From Promethearchaeota archaeon (lineage in GTDB: Archaea; Asgardarchaeota; Lokiarchaeia; Sigyniarchaeales; SOKP01): DNA of 24,251 nt. The notes under the pieces were generated by a model. The model was given only the letters and a program-made list of their open reading frames with translations. It searched no databases and was not told the DNA's origin. Position numbers and translations under genes: made by a program. The stretch covers positions 1-24,251 of the forward strand of contig JAFGGO010000096.1 in assembly GCA_016930515.1 (NCBI GenBank), written 5' to 3'. Positions 8,423-19,476 of the stretch are shown here, piece by piece (position 1 is the stretch's first letter; every line of letters begins with the position of its first letter).

Positions 8423-8959
8423 ATGAGTGATCGAATAATAGAACTAAGACTAGAAAATCGGCGTCTTAAAGAACAAGTACAAAATTTGGAAAATAAGGTT
8501 CTATCGTTGGTTGGTGCAATCAACATTCAGACCTCAGGCGTGTTCGCAAACACGAAACACGTGTTAAACGACTTGATCTTGGAACTACTCAGGCAAACAG
8601 AGGGACGACTCAATGTGGTATCCCCAAAAATCGGAAAATTCTACGCCACCGAACTTAAAAACCTTGCGACCAAGGGAGTTGAAATTTTTATCATAACTAA
8701 CGACAGGGGTGGAATGCCAGGAGAGCATAGATTAATTTACGACGAGATAAAAGCAACCAACGGGATTAAAGTCGTGAATAATCCAAATGTGAGGTATTTA
8801 TTAGTGTTTAATGCAACAAACGCCATATATGCAGGCGGATCGTTAGACAAAGACGAATTAGAACGCTCCATATTAATCGCAACTACGGTTGAATCAAAAT
8901 CAAAACTGAAAAAAATAAACGAAATTTTTAGCTTGATGCTTCCATCATTTATGAGATAG
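8423..8959 (+). CDS. N-terminal coiled coil plus PLD-like (PLDc_2/TrmB-type) domain lacking the HKD motif
   Basis: Heptads IIELRLENRRLKEQVQNLENKV. PLD-fold pattern ILELLRQTEGRLNVVSP...LKNLATKGVEIFIITN...IKVV. The HxKxxxxD position reads RYLLVFN and GSxN reads GGSL. Confidence 0.65.
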   Translation: MSDRIIELRLENRRLKEQVQNLENKVLSLVGAINIQTSGVFANTKHVLNDLILELLRQTEGRLNVVSPKIGKFYATELKNLATKGVEIFIITNDRGGMPGEHRLIYDEIKATNGIKVVNNPNVRYLLVFNATNAIYAGGSLDKDELERSILIATTVESKSKLKKINEIFSLMLPSFMR

Positions 8960-9052
8960 GATTTAATATTCATGTTTTTATTTTAATTCATCTTACAGAA
9001 TATGTATGTTTCTAAGTAAGAACATGCAAAGCAATTTAATTAAAGAAATGAA

Positions 9053-11254
9053 ATGGTCGAAAATAATAAAATAATAGATTCTAAAGATATCTCACGCCTT
9101 TTTGGACTGAGATCGAGAATTTTTAAATTAATTGTGGATTTCTTCAAGAAAAATACAAAAAACAAGCAAAATTTGGATTTCAAAGAAAAATTGGATTCAT
9201 GGAAACAAGTATATGGAAGTATTTATAGTGGCGTGCTTGATAAAACGCTCTTTTTCAAGCATTCCTATTTTTCTTTAATATTAAAATCATTTTTTTTAAT
9301 TAAGTTAGGCGTAATCCAAAATTTAGATTTCGAAGAAATTTACGACGATAGCATTTCGAACGATTTAGAAGCCTTTCAAATTTTTGAATATGAACACTTT
9401 TATTGGATTGATATTCCCAAAAAGGTTTTTCAAGAAATTTATGAGGAACTAGAAGGTATTACCTTTGCTTTGCAAGATTTATTTATCGATCTCTACCAAG
9501 AACTTTTTTTTGCCGATCTTCGACACAAAATAGGAGAATTTTATACGCCTCTGAAGCTCGTATCTAAGATGGTAGAAGATTTCTACGAGTTTGGAACCTT
9601 AATATTAGATCCTTCTTGCGGATCAGGAAGTTTTCTAACCAATATCGTGATAAAAATTTTAAAAACCGATAATACTTCTAATGAAGAGAAGATCGAAGCG
9701 ATTAATAATGTTTACGGCTTTGATATTAATCCGTTAGCGATTTTTACGGCAAAGATAAACATGTTTCTAATCTTCCTCGAATATTTTAACATTGGAGAAG
9801 AAAAAATTCCACAACTCAACTTATTTATTGTTGATTCTCTTTTCCCTGAAAAATACGAAATGAAAATGATGTGTCAAGTTAAAAAATTATATAACTCGTT
9901 TGATTTAGTTATCGGAAATCCCCCTTGGATAACATATAAAGACTTGAATAGCAATGAATATCAAGCAGATGTGAGGAACTTAGCAGACCAACTTGAGATC
10001 AAGCCATTTAGTCAGTACATTACTCATATAGAATTGGGTGCTTTGTTTTTTTATGCAGTTACTAAATTCTTAAAAATTGGTGGAAAGGTGTTTTTTATTA
10101 ATCCAAAAAGCGTGTTAAATGGGGATCATTGTTTTTTATTTAGATCGTTTTCTATCTTTAACGATCTCGAAATTTGGGACTTTCCAAGCACTAAAACTCT
10201 CTTTTCGATACCTCATATTTGTTTAAAAGGGACCTATATAGGAAAGGATAATGGAGCATCCATCAAGACTAAATATCCTATCAAAACGAAAATATTTAGC
10301 GATGATATTGAATTTATGGAAGAGACGCTATATTCAAGCTTGAAAATAGAAGCTAAAGGAGCGAAATTAATTCTTCCCGTATATCAGCTCAAGTTACTGA
10401 GTAAAATCTCTCATAGTCCCTATAAAAATAAGTTTCACCAAGGGGCTACCCTAGTACCTAGAACGCTTGTTTTTTTTAAGATAAAAGAAAAGAACTCGCA
10501 GTTTGTATCCATTTCTTCTGACCCGGATGTTAGCAGCACTGCAAAAAAAGAATGGAATCTCGAGATTTCAGAACGCCAAGTAGAAAAAAAATTTATCTTC
10601 AAGTCGTATCTCAATAAGAATTTAGTACCTTTTTGTTTGAAAAAGTTCCATCGGATCTATCTACCTATTGATGATAATTTTCTATTTGATGTTGAACACT
10701 TGAAAGCATATTCACAGGCTTATGAACTTTACAAAGAGATTAACAATTTATATATGAATAATAAAAAACCCACTACAAACATTCAAGGGTTATTCGATAA
10801 TCTTAACTATTGGAACAAGTTAACAAAGCAAAGGAACAACGAGAATTATCTCGTAGTATACAATGCTTCGGGATCAAGTTTGAAGTCTGCAGTCATAAAT
10901 AATTTTAAGAAAAACATAATCGTACCCTCGGAGAATTATTATTTTTCCACAGATTCTAAAGATGAAGCGTATTATCTTTCAGCTGTTCTAAACGCACCTA
11001 TTATATCGAAAAGTATTAAAATTATAAAGAGCTCTCGCCACATACATAAAAGACCATTTTCGTTTCCCTTACCGGAATTTGATGATAATAACAGCGATCA
11101 TCAAGAAATAGCACGAAAAGGGAGAAAATATAATGCTGCCGTTCAAGATATGGTAAATAATAATTCAACTATTAACGCAAACAAGGTAAGAATGCTCTTG
11201 CATAAAAAATTAAGAAAGCTCGACATTCTTGTGGAAAAAATTGTTTTCAAATGA
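9053..11254 (+). CDS. N6-adenine DNA methyltransferase (gamma class, Type IIG/IIL-like MTase-TRD) with no recognisable endonuclease domain
   Basis: GEFYTP, motif I ILDPSCGSGSF, GFDINPLA, motif IV VIGNPPW. TRD-like C-terminus (QGATLVPR, EAYYLSAVLNAP, RHIHKRP). Confidence 0.88.
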   Translation: MVENNKIIDSKDISRLFGLRSRIFKLIVDFFKKNTKNKQNLDFKEKLDSWKQVYGSIYSGVLDKTLFFKHSYFSLILKSFFLIKLGVIQNLDFEEIYDDSISNDLEAFQIFEYEHFYWIDIPKKVFQEIYEELEGITFALQDLFIDLYQELFFADLRHKIGEFYTPLKLVSKMVEDFYEFGTLILDPSCGSGSFLTNIVIKILKTDNTSNEEKIEAINNVYGFDINPLAIFTAKINMFLIFLEYFNIGEEKIPQLNLFIVDSLFPEKYEMKMMCQVKKLYNSFDLVIGNPPWITYKDLNSNEYQADVRNLADQLEIKPFSQYITHIELGALFFYAVTKFLKIGGKVFFINPKSVLNGDHCFLFRSFSIFNDLEIWDFPSTKTLFSIPHICLKGTYIGKDNGASIKTKYPIKTKIFSDDIEFMEETLYSSLKIEAKGAKLILPVYQLKLLSKISHSPYKNKFHQGATLVPRTLVFFKIKEKNSQFVSISSDPDVSSTAKKEWNLEISERQVEKKFIFKSYLNKNLVPFCLKKFHRIYLPIDDNFLFDVEHLKAYSQAYELYKEINNLYMNNKKPTTNIQGLFDNLNYWNKLTKQRNNENYLVVYNASGSSLKSAVINNFKKNIIVPSENYYFSTDSKDEAYYLSAVLNAPIISKSIKIIKSSRHIHKRPFSFPLPEFDDNNSDHQEIARKGRKYNAAVQDMVNNNSTINANKVRMLLHKKLRKLDILVEKIVFK

Positions 11255-11354
11255 GAAACACGGGGTTATTGATTTTTAAAAAGCTTTTTCTTATATGATG
11301 CATTTTACAAATTGATTTTACGAGAAAAATAAGAGACGCAACAGGGAATAATTT

Positions 11355-12497
11355 TTGAATTTTAAAGAACTAGGAATTAACGATACTTATATCGACACCC
11401 TCTCCAAACAAAAAATTACAACACCCACTCCAGTGCAAGAAAAATCTATACCACTCATCCTTCAGGGAAAGCACTTGATGGTCCAATCGAAAACTGGAAC
11501 GGGTAAAACACTCGCTTTCACGCTTCCTATTGTTGAGAAATTGAAAGGTATCAAAAACGAGGCATTGATCTTAGTACCCACGAGAGAACTTGCCAAGCAA
11601 GTCCAAGAAGTTGTAGAAAGCCTAGGGAACGATTTTAAATCAATACCAATATATGGGGGTGTTTCAATAAACAATCAAATAGAATATTTAAAGAAAGGAG
11701 TTCAAATCATCTGTGGCACACCGGGTCGTATTATTGACCTTTACAAAAGGAGGGTATTGGATTTTTCAAACATTCGATTCGTTGTTTTAGACGAGGCTGA
11801 TAGATTGTGGGATATGGGGTTTTCACCCGATATAAAATACATTCTAAACCAAATAAAAACAAACTACCAATTTTTACTGTTTTCTGCCACTTTAGACCCT
11901 GATATTAGAGATCTAGTCAAGAAGCACTCGAAAAACGATTTCAAATTCTTGAACTTAAGCAGGGACGACCTTACGGTGGGGAGTACGAGACAATACTATT
12001 ACCTAATAGACAGGTTTGAGCAGAAATTTAACTCGTTTTTGCAGGTGTTAAGAAAAGAAAAACCAAAATTTTCTCTCATCTTTACCAATACAAAAAGAAC
12101 GGCCTCCTGGCTGGCTCAAAAATTAAACTCAATGAATAACGATTTTCGAGTTGGTTTAATCTCGGGAGACCTTTCGCAATTCAAGCGAGAAAAGATCCTG
12201 AGCGAGTTCAAAGATCGCAAGGTTAACATGCTTATAGCGACGGATGTTGCTGCTCGAGGACTTGACATCGATAACATTACACACGTGTTCAATTACGATG
12301 TCCCCAAATTTCCAGAAAATTATGTCCACAGGATCGGACGTACTTCAAGGATGAATAAAAAAGGCGTGGCTATTACCATTTGCTTGAAAGATGAGTATGA
12401 ATATCTTTGCCACATCGAAGGTTTCATTGATAAAGAACTAAAGAAAAAGACATTATACAGGCAGGAACAAAAGCAATTAAGATTTCCTTTTTATTAA
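11355..12497 (+). CDS. DEAD-box RNA helicase (minimal core, DeaD/CshA-like)
   Basis: Q motif TPTPVQ, SKTGTGKT, PTRELA, GG, TPGRI, DEAD, SAT, TDVAARGLD, HRIGRT. TTG start. Confidence 0.95.
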   Translation: MNFKELGINDTYIDTLSKQKITTPTPVQEKSIPLILQGKHLMVQSKTGTGKTLAFTLPIVEKLKGIKNEALILVPTRELAKQVQEVVESLGNDFKSIPIYGGVSINNQIEYLKKGVQIICGTPGRIIDLYKRRVLDFSNIRFVVLDEADRLWDMGFSPDIKYILNQIKTNYQFLLFSATLDPDIRDLVKKHSKNDFKFLNLSRDDLTVGSTRQYYYLIDRFEQKFNSFLQVLRKEKPKFSLIFTNTKRTASWLAQKLNSMNNDFRVGLISGDLSQFKREKILSEFKDRKVNMLIATDVAARGLDIDNITHVFNYDVPKFPENYVHRIGRTSRMNKKGVAITICLKDEYEYLCHIEGFIDKELKKKTLYRQEQKQLRFPFY

Positions 12498-12761
12498 ATA
12501 TTAGTGTATTTTAATAAATCAAAGTAAATAATTAGAACGCTAATTTTCAGTCGAATTTGCCAATTGAAAAAAATATTTTAATTTCTTTCCATATAAATTT
12601 TAATACTTAATAAAATTGTATTTTTCTTATATTTGATTCAATTGTATTAAAATTAGAATTAATTAATTCAAGGACAATGAATTTTTAATAGATTATTTTA
12701 ATACAATTGATTTAATAGAAAAAAAATATTTGGTTTTAATAAATTATCCTAATTGAGATCT

Positions 12762-13110
12762 TCAAGCAGGTCCACCGTCAGAATTATCCCAATTGTGTAA
12801 ATTCAACCAAGATATCAATAGCAACTAATATTTCAGGATCCGTTGTATGAGTTGAATAACCTGCGTGAAAGAAGACATCGTTTTTAATGTAAGGAGATTG
12901 ATTAGTCCACCCGATTAAAATATTGTCGTAATTTTCTATTGATAATTTTACTCCTTCAAACATTTCTTTCATCGTGGAGACGTTGGAGATGTTCCAGAGA
13001 CCAAGATCTTGATCGAAAGAGGTGGTATTAAAAAACATATTATTCATTTTTTTAAAAGATGAGTCTTTCAAACCACTAATGTCGCCGTTAAAATTTGAAG
13101 CCCCGTAAAA
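12762..13110 (-). pseudogene. Remnant of a BspA-family/DUF285 surface repeat protein (C-terminal fragment, frameshifted)
   Basis: FYGASNFNGDISG..., MFFNTTSFDQDLGLWNISNVSTMKEMF and LSIENYDNILIGW are typical BspA/DUF285 repeats and cap. The usual terminal W-x-x-x-DGG appears one frame off (HNWDNSDGGPA*, stop at 12762-12764). No signal peptide or N-terminal part. Confidence 0.75.
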
Positions 13111-13267
13111 CCTTAATTCATGAAAAAACACAGTCGTTCGCTCGATCCTCACGATCGCAACTATCGCGCACATTTATATAAAAAAACTAATACCAATAAT
13201 ATAACATCAAAAATGTGTATTAGCAAATTTTTAAATTAAGGAATTAACATTCTATTATTATATTATA

Positions 13268-13275
13268 TTTATATT
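13268..13275 (+). promoter_or_regulatory. Putative TATA box upstream of the MglA-type GTPase
   Basis: TTTATATT, the same word as at 2968. Confidence 0.4.
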
Positions 13276-13343
13276 AACCACGATTTGAGGTTGAAAAATA
13301 TCACATGAACAACCTATGTTTTAGGAGATACAAGAAACGCCAC

Positions 13344-13350
13344 GGAGGTG
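13344..13350 (+). promoter_or_regulatory. Shine-Dalgarno site of the GTPase gene
   Basis: GGAGGTG ends 8 nt before the ATG at 13359. Confidence 0.7.
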
Positions 13351-13358
13351 CGCTCTAA

Positions 13359-13973
13359 ATGCCAAGCCGAAGAGGAGACGGCACGCTCGTGTTCAAGATA
13401 TGCTTTTACGGTCCTTCTTTAGGCGGTAAAACAACAGCCCTCGAATGGGTATACAACCGGGAAGGTCTTGCTTCAGGAGACATGCAACAAATTCAAGACC
13501 CCACGGGAAGGACCTTGTTTTTCGACAGAGTCGTTGCACGGGTTTCGAATGTCGTGTTCCAAGTATACACCGTTGCGGGCCAAAGAAGGCATAAATTCCA
13601 GCGTCAAACGGTATTAAAAGGTACGGACGCAGTCATATTCACATGGGATAGCTTGATCGACCAATGGGCTGAAAACATCTGGTCTCTCAAGGAACTTCTT
13701 AGATTCTATGGAGGTAAGCTGATTCCTCCGAGTATTGCAGAACCCCCTGAAGTACCACTAGTCATTCTTGCAAACAAGCGAGACCTCGACGACATCGTAG
13801 AGGTATCTAAAATTCGGGAAGTACTAGATAAAGCCAAGCTTAATCATTGCCTTATCTACGAAACTATTGCGATTACGGGAATTAATGTCAAGCGGGCATT
13901 TGTCTACGCTGCCCGCCAAGCAGTCCTTAATCATTATAAGAAGCTCTCAGGAAAATCCGTCGAAAGCGCATAA
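13359..13973 (+). CDS. MglA-family small GTPase (Ras superfamily)
   Basis: KICFYGPSLGGKTT (G1), GRTLFFD (MglA switch I with the intrinsic Arg), YTVAGQ (MglA-type TxxGQ in place of DxxG), NKRD (G4), ETIA (G5). Confidence 0.9.
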   Translation: MPSRRGDGTLVFKICFYGPSLGGKTTALEWVYNREGLASGDMQQIQDPTGRTLFFDRVVARVSNVVFQVYTVAGQRRHKFQRQTVLKGTDAVIFTWDSLIDQWAENIWSLKELLRFYGGKLIPPSIAEPPEVPLVILANKRDLDDIVEVSKIREVLDKAKLNHCLIYETIAITGINVKRAFVYAARQAVLNHYKKLSGKSVESA

Positions 13974-14005
13974 TTCTTTTTTTAATTTTCTCTTTCCTTA
14001 TTTTT
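13974..14005. terminator. T-rich tract between the convergent GTPase and phosphoesterase genes
   Basis: ttcttttttt...ttttctctttcc immediately after the GTPase stop. Confidence 0.45.
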
Positions 14006-14053
14006 AAGCATTGTTTATTTCCTTCAAAATAAATGACTTAATTGTATTTTAAA

Positions 14054-14605
14054 TCATTTTAGATTTACAATCTCGACGCTAGCATCATTAATAGAGATCT
14101 TTAAAAAACCATAGGTGCTAACTACCGTAAGTCTACCATCGATTGGAGTACATGTCCCAGGATTCACATATAACCTCCCATCTTTTTCGTTTAATTCATT
14201 TTTTGGATGGTGAGTATGTCCAAAAATTACTATATCGTAAGGAGATAGGTCGTAAGTCTTGTTCAACCTCCGAATTATCATATGAGGTCCACCAGAACCG
14301 TGTGTCATGAATATTTTATGGTCAAATATTTCAAGTTCTATGGTTTCGGGTAATATGTTCATCAACCTCTTGCTTCCAGCATCCATGTTTCCCCTCACGG
14401 CGATGACCTTGTTTTCTCCAAATAAATCTATCAGGAGTGAATAGACTTCGTAGGATGTGAAATCGCCCATATGAAACACATAATCCACATTTCTTTCTTG
14501 AAAATCTTTAAGGATTTGTTCAGGCACGCTAGAAGTTCTCGAAGGTACATGGGTGTCAGAGATCAAGCCGATCAATAATTCCTCCTTGTTTCTCTCCAAT
14601 CTCAT
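14054..14605 (-). CDS. YfcE/MJ0936/Vps29-family metallophosphoesterase
   Basis: LISDTH, HMGD, RGNMD, THG, GHTH and NPG motifs are all intact. TTTATAT on the minus strand begins about 27 nt upstream of the ATG. Confidence 0.9.
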   Translation of the reverse strand: MRLERNKEELLIGLISDTHVPSRTSSVPEQILKDFQERNVDYVFHMGDFTSYEVYSLLIDLFGENKVIAVRGNMDAGSKRLMNILPETIELEIFDHKIFMTHGSGGPHMIIRRLNKTYDLSPYDIVIFGHTHHPKNELNEKDGRLYVNPGTCTPIDGRLTVVSTYGFLKISINDASVEIVNLK

Positions 14606-14719
14606 GAATAGAATAATCTGTAATGATATAAATATAATATAATATTATTGGTGATCTTTGATGTAAAATCTATATTGTTTACGATTTTTAATTAAAAGAT
14701 AAAATGAAAAAAATGATTA

Positions 14720-17170
14720 CTAATCTTTTTGAGGTTGATCCTCTATGTATCGAGCACACGCTCCAATAGCCACGACTGAATCCTCCTTGTAGAGCTTGAT
14801 AACTCGCACGCCTTTCGACTTTCTGTGAGTTAGCCTAATTTCTTCGATAGGGGTTCGGATAACTTGTCCTTGCTCTGTTCCAATGAGTATATCCTCATCT
14901 TTAGCAATTTTAACTGCGATTACTTCATCATTGTCTTCTAGCGTAATGTTAATCACGCCTTTTGCGGCACGCCCCGTCTTCCTGTATTCGTCCATTTTTG
15001 TTTTTTGACCCTTGCCGTTTTTAGTAAGAGTGAGAACATATTCTTCGTCCGTAACCAATAAAGAACTAACGATCTGGTCGTCTTTTCTGAGATGCGCTCC
15101 TTTGACACCCATCGTGTTTCGCCCTAGCTCTCTAAGCTCGGATTCGTCGAACCTGATTGCATATCCAAACTTCGTTGCTAAGAAAATATCCTGCAGTTCG
15201 TTTGTCATACGACGGACCGATACTAATCTGTCGTCTGGTCTGATTTTTTGAGCGCGTATACCTGTTTTTTTGATTCTCGAAAACAATTTTAAAGGAGTTT
15301 TCTTAATAGTTCCGTTTTCAGTAACCAGAATTAACATATCATTCGTTTCAAAACTATGAATGGGAATCATATCGGCAATGTCCTCGTCTGTTTTCATGGA
15401 AAGCATGTTAACAATGGGTTTCCCCTTGGCAGTTCTTTGTTGAAGCGGGATTTCAAAGCATTTTTTCGAGTATACTCGCCCTTTATTGGTAAAAAAAAGA
15501 ATATTATCGTGCGTAGAAGCCACGAAAAGGTCTTTGATGAAATCCTCGTCTCTTACCGTCATGCCTTTTTTCCCACGACCTCCTCGACCTTGAGACTTGT
15601 ATTCTTGAAGAGACATTCTCTTTATGTAATTATTATTTGACAGTATTACGATAGTAGTTTCTTTTTTCACGAGGTCTTTTTTTTCAATTTCTTGAGTATC
15701 CGTTTTTTCTTCGCATATCTCGGTTTTTCTCTCGTCCCCGTATTTTTTGCTTAGTTCTGTCAATTCTTCTTTTATGATCGATAATTGTATGGCTTTACTT
15801 TTGAGTATTTTTTGAAGACTTTTGATGGTCTTTGTGAGTTCCTTTTGCTCATCAACAAGTTTTTGTTGTTCTAAATTTGTTAATCGGGACAATGGCATCG
15901 AGAGTATCGCTCTTGCTTGAACCTCGCTTAATTCGTAGGTTACCATGAGTTTATCTCTAGCCTCGTTTGTGTCTTTCGCTTGTTTTATAAGAGTTATGAC
16001 ATTATCAATGTCGTTTAGCGCAATAAGAAGTCCGTCTACAATGTGGAGTCTTTCTTCCGCTTTTTTCAGGTCAAATTCAGTTCTCCTAACAATGATCCTG
16101 ATCCTATGGTCGATGTATTCTTGAATGAGTTCCCTGAGCGTGAGGATCTTGGGTTGTTTCCCGTCGTTTATTAACACGAGATTAATAACATTAAAATTAG
16201 ATAGCAACCTGGTTCTTTTATATAGAACATTCTTGATTACGGCAGGTTGAGCACCTTTCTTCAAGTCGAGCACGATCCGCATGCCTCGCCTATCAGACTC
16301 GTCTCTCATGTCTTTTATGTCCTTAAGAACGCCATCTCGTATTAATTGAGCAATTGATTCAAGCAAGGTTGTCTTGTTTAACAAATACGGTATTTCCGTT
16401 ATAATCAAGCGAAAGTCCGTTCCTTTAGTTTCGACTTCAATTCTACCTTTAACGATAATTTTTCCGACTCCCGTGGAGTAAGCTTCATAAATTCCTTCGG
16501 GATTTGTGATTATGCCACCAGTTGGAAAATCAGGTCCTTGGATTATTTCTATTAATTCTTCAAGAGAAATTTCTGGATCATCGATCGTGGCTATTATTCC
16601 TTCGCAAATTTCCTTTAAATTATGTGGAGGCATCGAAGTAGCCATTCCAACGGCAATTCCTTTTGTGCCATTTAAGAGCATGTTGGGAAGCTTGGAAGGC
16701 ATATATTTTGGCTCTTCCAAGCTATCGTCGAAATTGGGCTGAAAATCAACCGTTTCCTTATTAATGTCTTCTACTATCTCGTTTGCTATTTGTGAAAGTC
16801 GTGCTTCCGTATATCGCATGGCGGCGGGTGGGTCGCCGTCAATTGATCCAAAATTACCTTGAGGATCTATGAGAGGATATCGTAAAGAAAAATCTTGACC
16901 CATTCGTACTAAAGAGTTATAGACGGCCATATCTCCGTGCGGGTGGTACATTCCAAGCACGATTCCAACAGTTCTAGCGCATTTTACATGTGGCCGATTG
17001 TAAGTATAATTATTATCGGCCATTGCAAATATAATTCGTCGATGTACTGGCTTCAAACCGTCTCGAACATCAGGAATTGCCCTGCCAACAACCACGGACA
17101 TTGCATAGTCGATGTAACTACTTTCCATCTCGTCTTTTAAAATAACTTCCCTAATTTTATCCGTACTCAT
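14720..17170 (-). CDS. gyrA: DNA gyrase subunit A
   Basis: [23 protein letters not shown], catalytic AAMRYTE, GPDFPTG, GyrA box QGRGGRG and C-terminal pinwheel repeats. Confidence 0.97.
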   Translation of the reverse strand: MSTDKIREVILKDEMESSYIDYAMSVVVGRAIPDVRDGLKPVHRRIIFAMADNNYTYNRPHVKCARTVGIVLGMYHPHGDMAVYNSLVRMGQDFSLRYPLIDPQGNFGSIDGDPPAAMRYTEARLSQIANEIVEDINKETVDFQPNFDDSLEEPKYMPSKLPNMLLNGTKGIAVGMATSMPPHNLKEICEGIIATIDDPEISLEELIEIIQGPDFPTGGIITNPEGIYEAYSTGVGKIIVKGRIEVETKGTDFRLIITEIPYLLNKTTLLESIAQLIRDGVLKDIKDMRDESDRRGMRIVLDLKKGAQPAVIKNVLYKRTRLLSNFNVINLVLINDGKQPKILTLRELIQEYIDHRIRIIVRRTEFDLKKAEERLHIVDGLLIALNDIDNVITLIKQAKDTNEARDKLMVTYELSEVQARAILSMPLSRLTNLEQQKLVDEQKELTKTIKSLQKILKSKAIQLSIIKEELTELSKKYGDERKTEICEEKTDTQEIEKKDLVKKETTIVILSNNNYIKRMSLQEYKSQGRGGRGKKGMTVRDEDFIKDLFVASTHDNILFFTNKGRVYSKKCFEIPLQQRTAKGKPIVNMLSMKTDEDIADMIPIHSFETNDMLILVTENGTIKKTPLKLFSRIKKTGIRAQKIRPDDRLVSVRRMTNELQDIFLATKFGYAIRFDESELRELGRNTMGVKGAHLRKDDQIVSSLLVTDEEYVLTLTKNGKGQKTKMDEYRKTGRAAKGVINITLEDNDEVIAVKIAKDEDILIGTEQGQVIRTPIEEIRLTHRKSKGVRVIKLYKEDSVVAIGACARYIEDQPQKD

Positions 17171-17217
17171 GTTAATAATAACCCTGTTTGATTAAAGCGT
17201 TATTGAATAAATTTTAT

Positions 17218-19221
<2,004 letters not shown>

Positions 19222-19476
19222 TTAATTCGTAATAGTAAAACTAATCAAATTAGTTGAAATTTTATCTATTTACAAGTATAATAAGGAATTCTACCCTTTT
19301 AATGTTATCTCAAATTTATAACTAGTTAAAAACATACAAGCGCCATCATTTAAGATATTATATCATAATTGCAAGCATATAAATGAAAATCTTTTTAATG
19401 GAGCGTAATAAATAAAAGATAGGCTTCTTAGAACGGCTATTATTAGAGTTTATTGAGTTACGAAAAAAGCTTCACT

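Noticed and set aside
8423-12497. DISARM/BREX-like defence island (PLD plus MTase plus helicase)
   Set aside because: The helicase is an ordinary DEAD-box RNA helicase, the PLD lacks HKD, and no other core components are present.
13111-13173. N-terminal part of the 129-aa ORF as a real protein start
   Set aside because: It has no BspA similarity and is not a signal peptide; likely incidental open frame upstream of the fragment.
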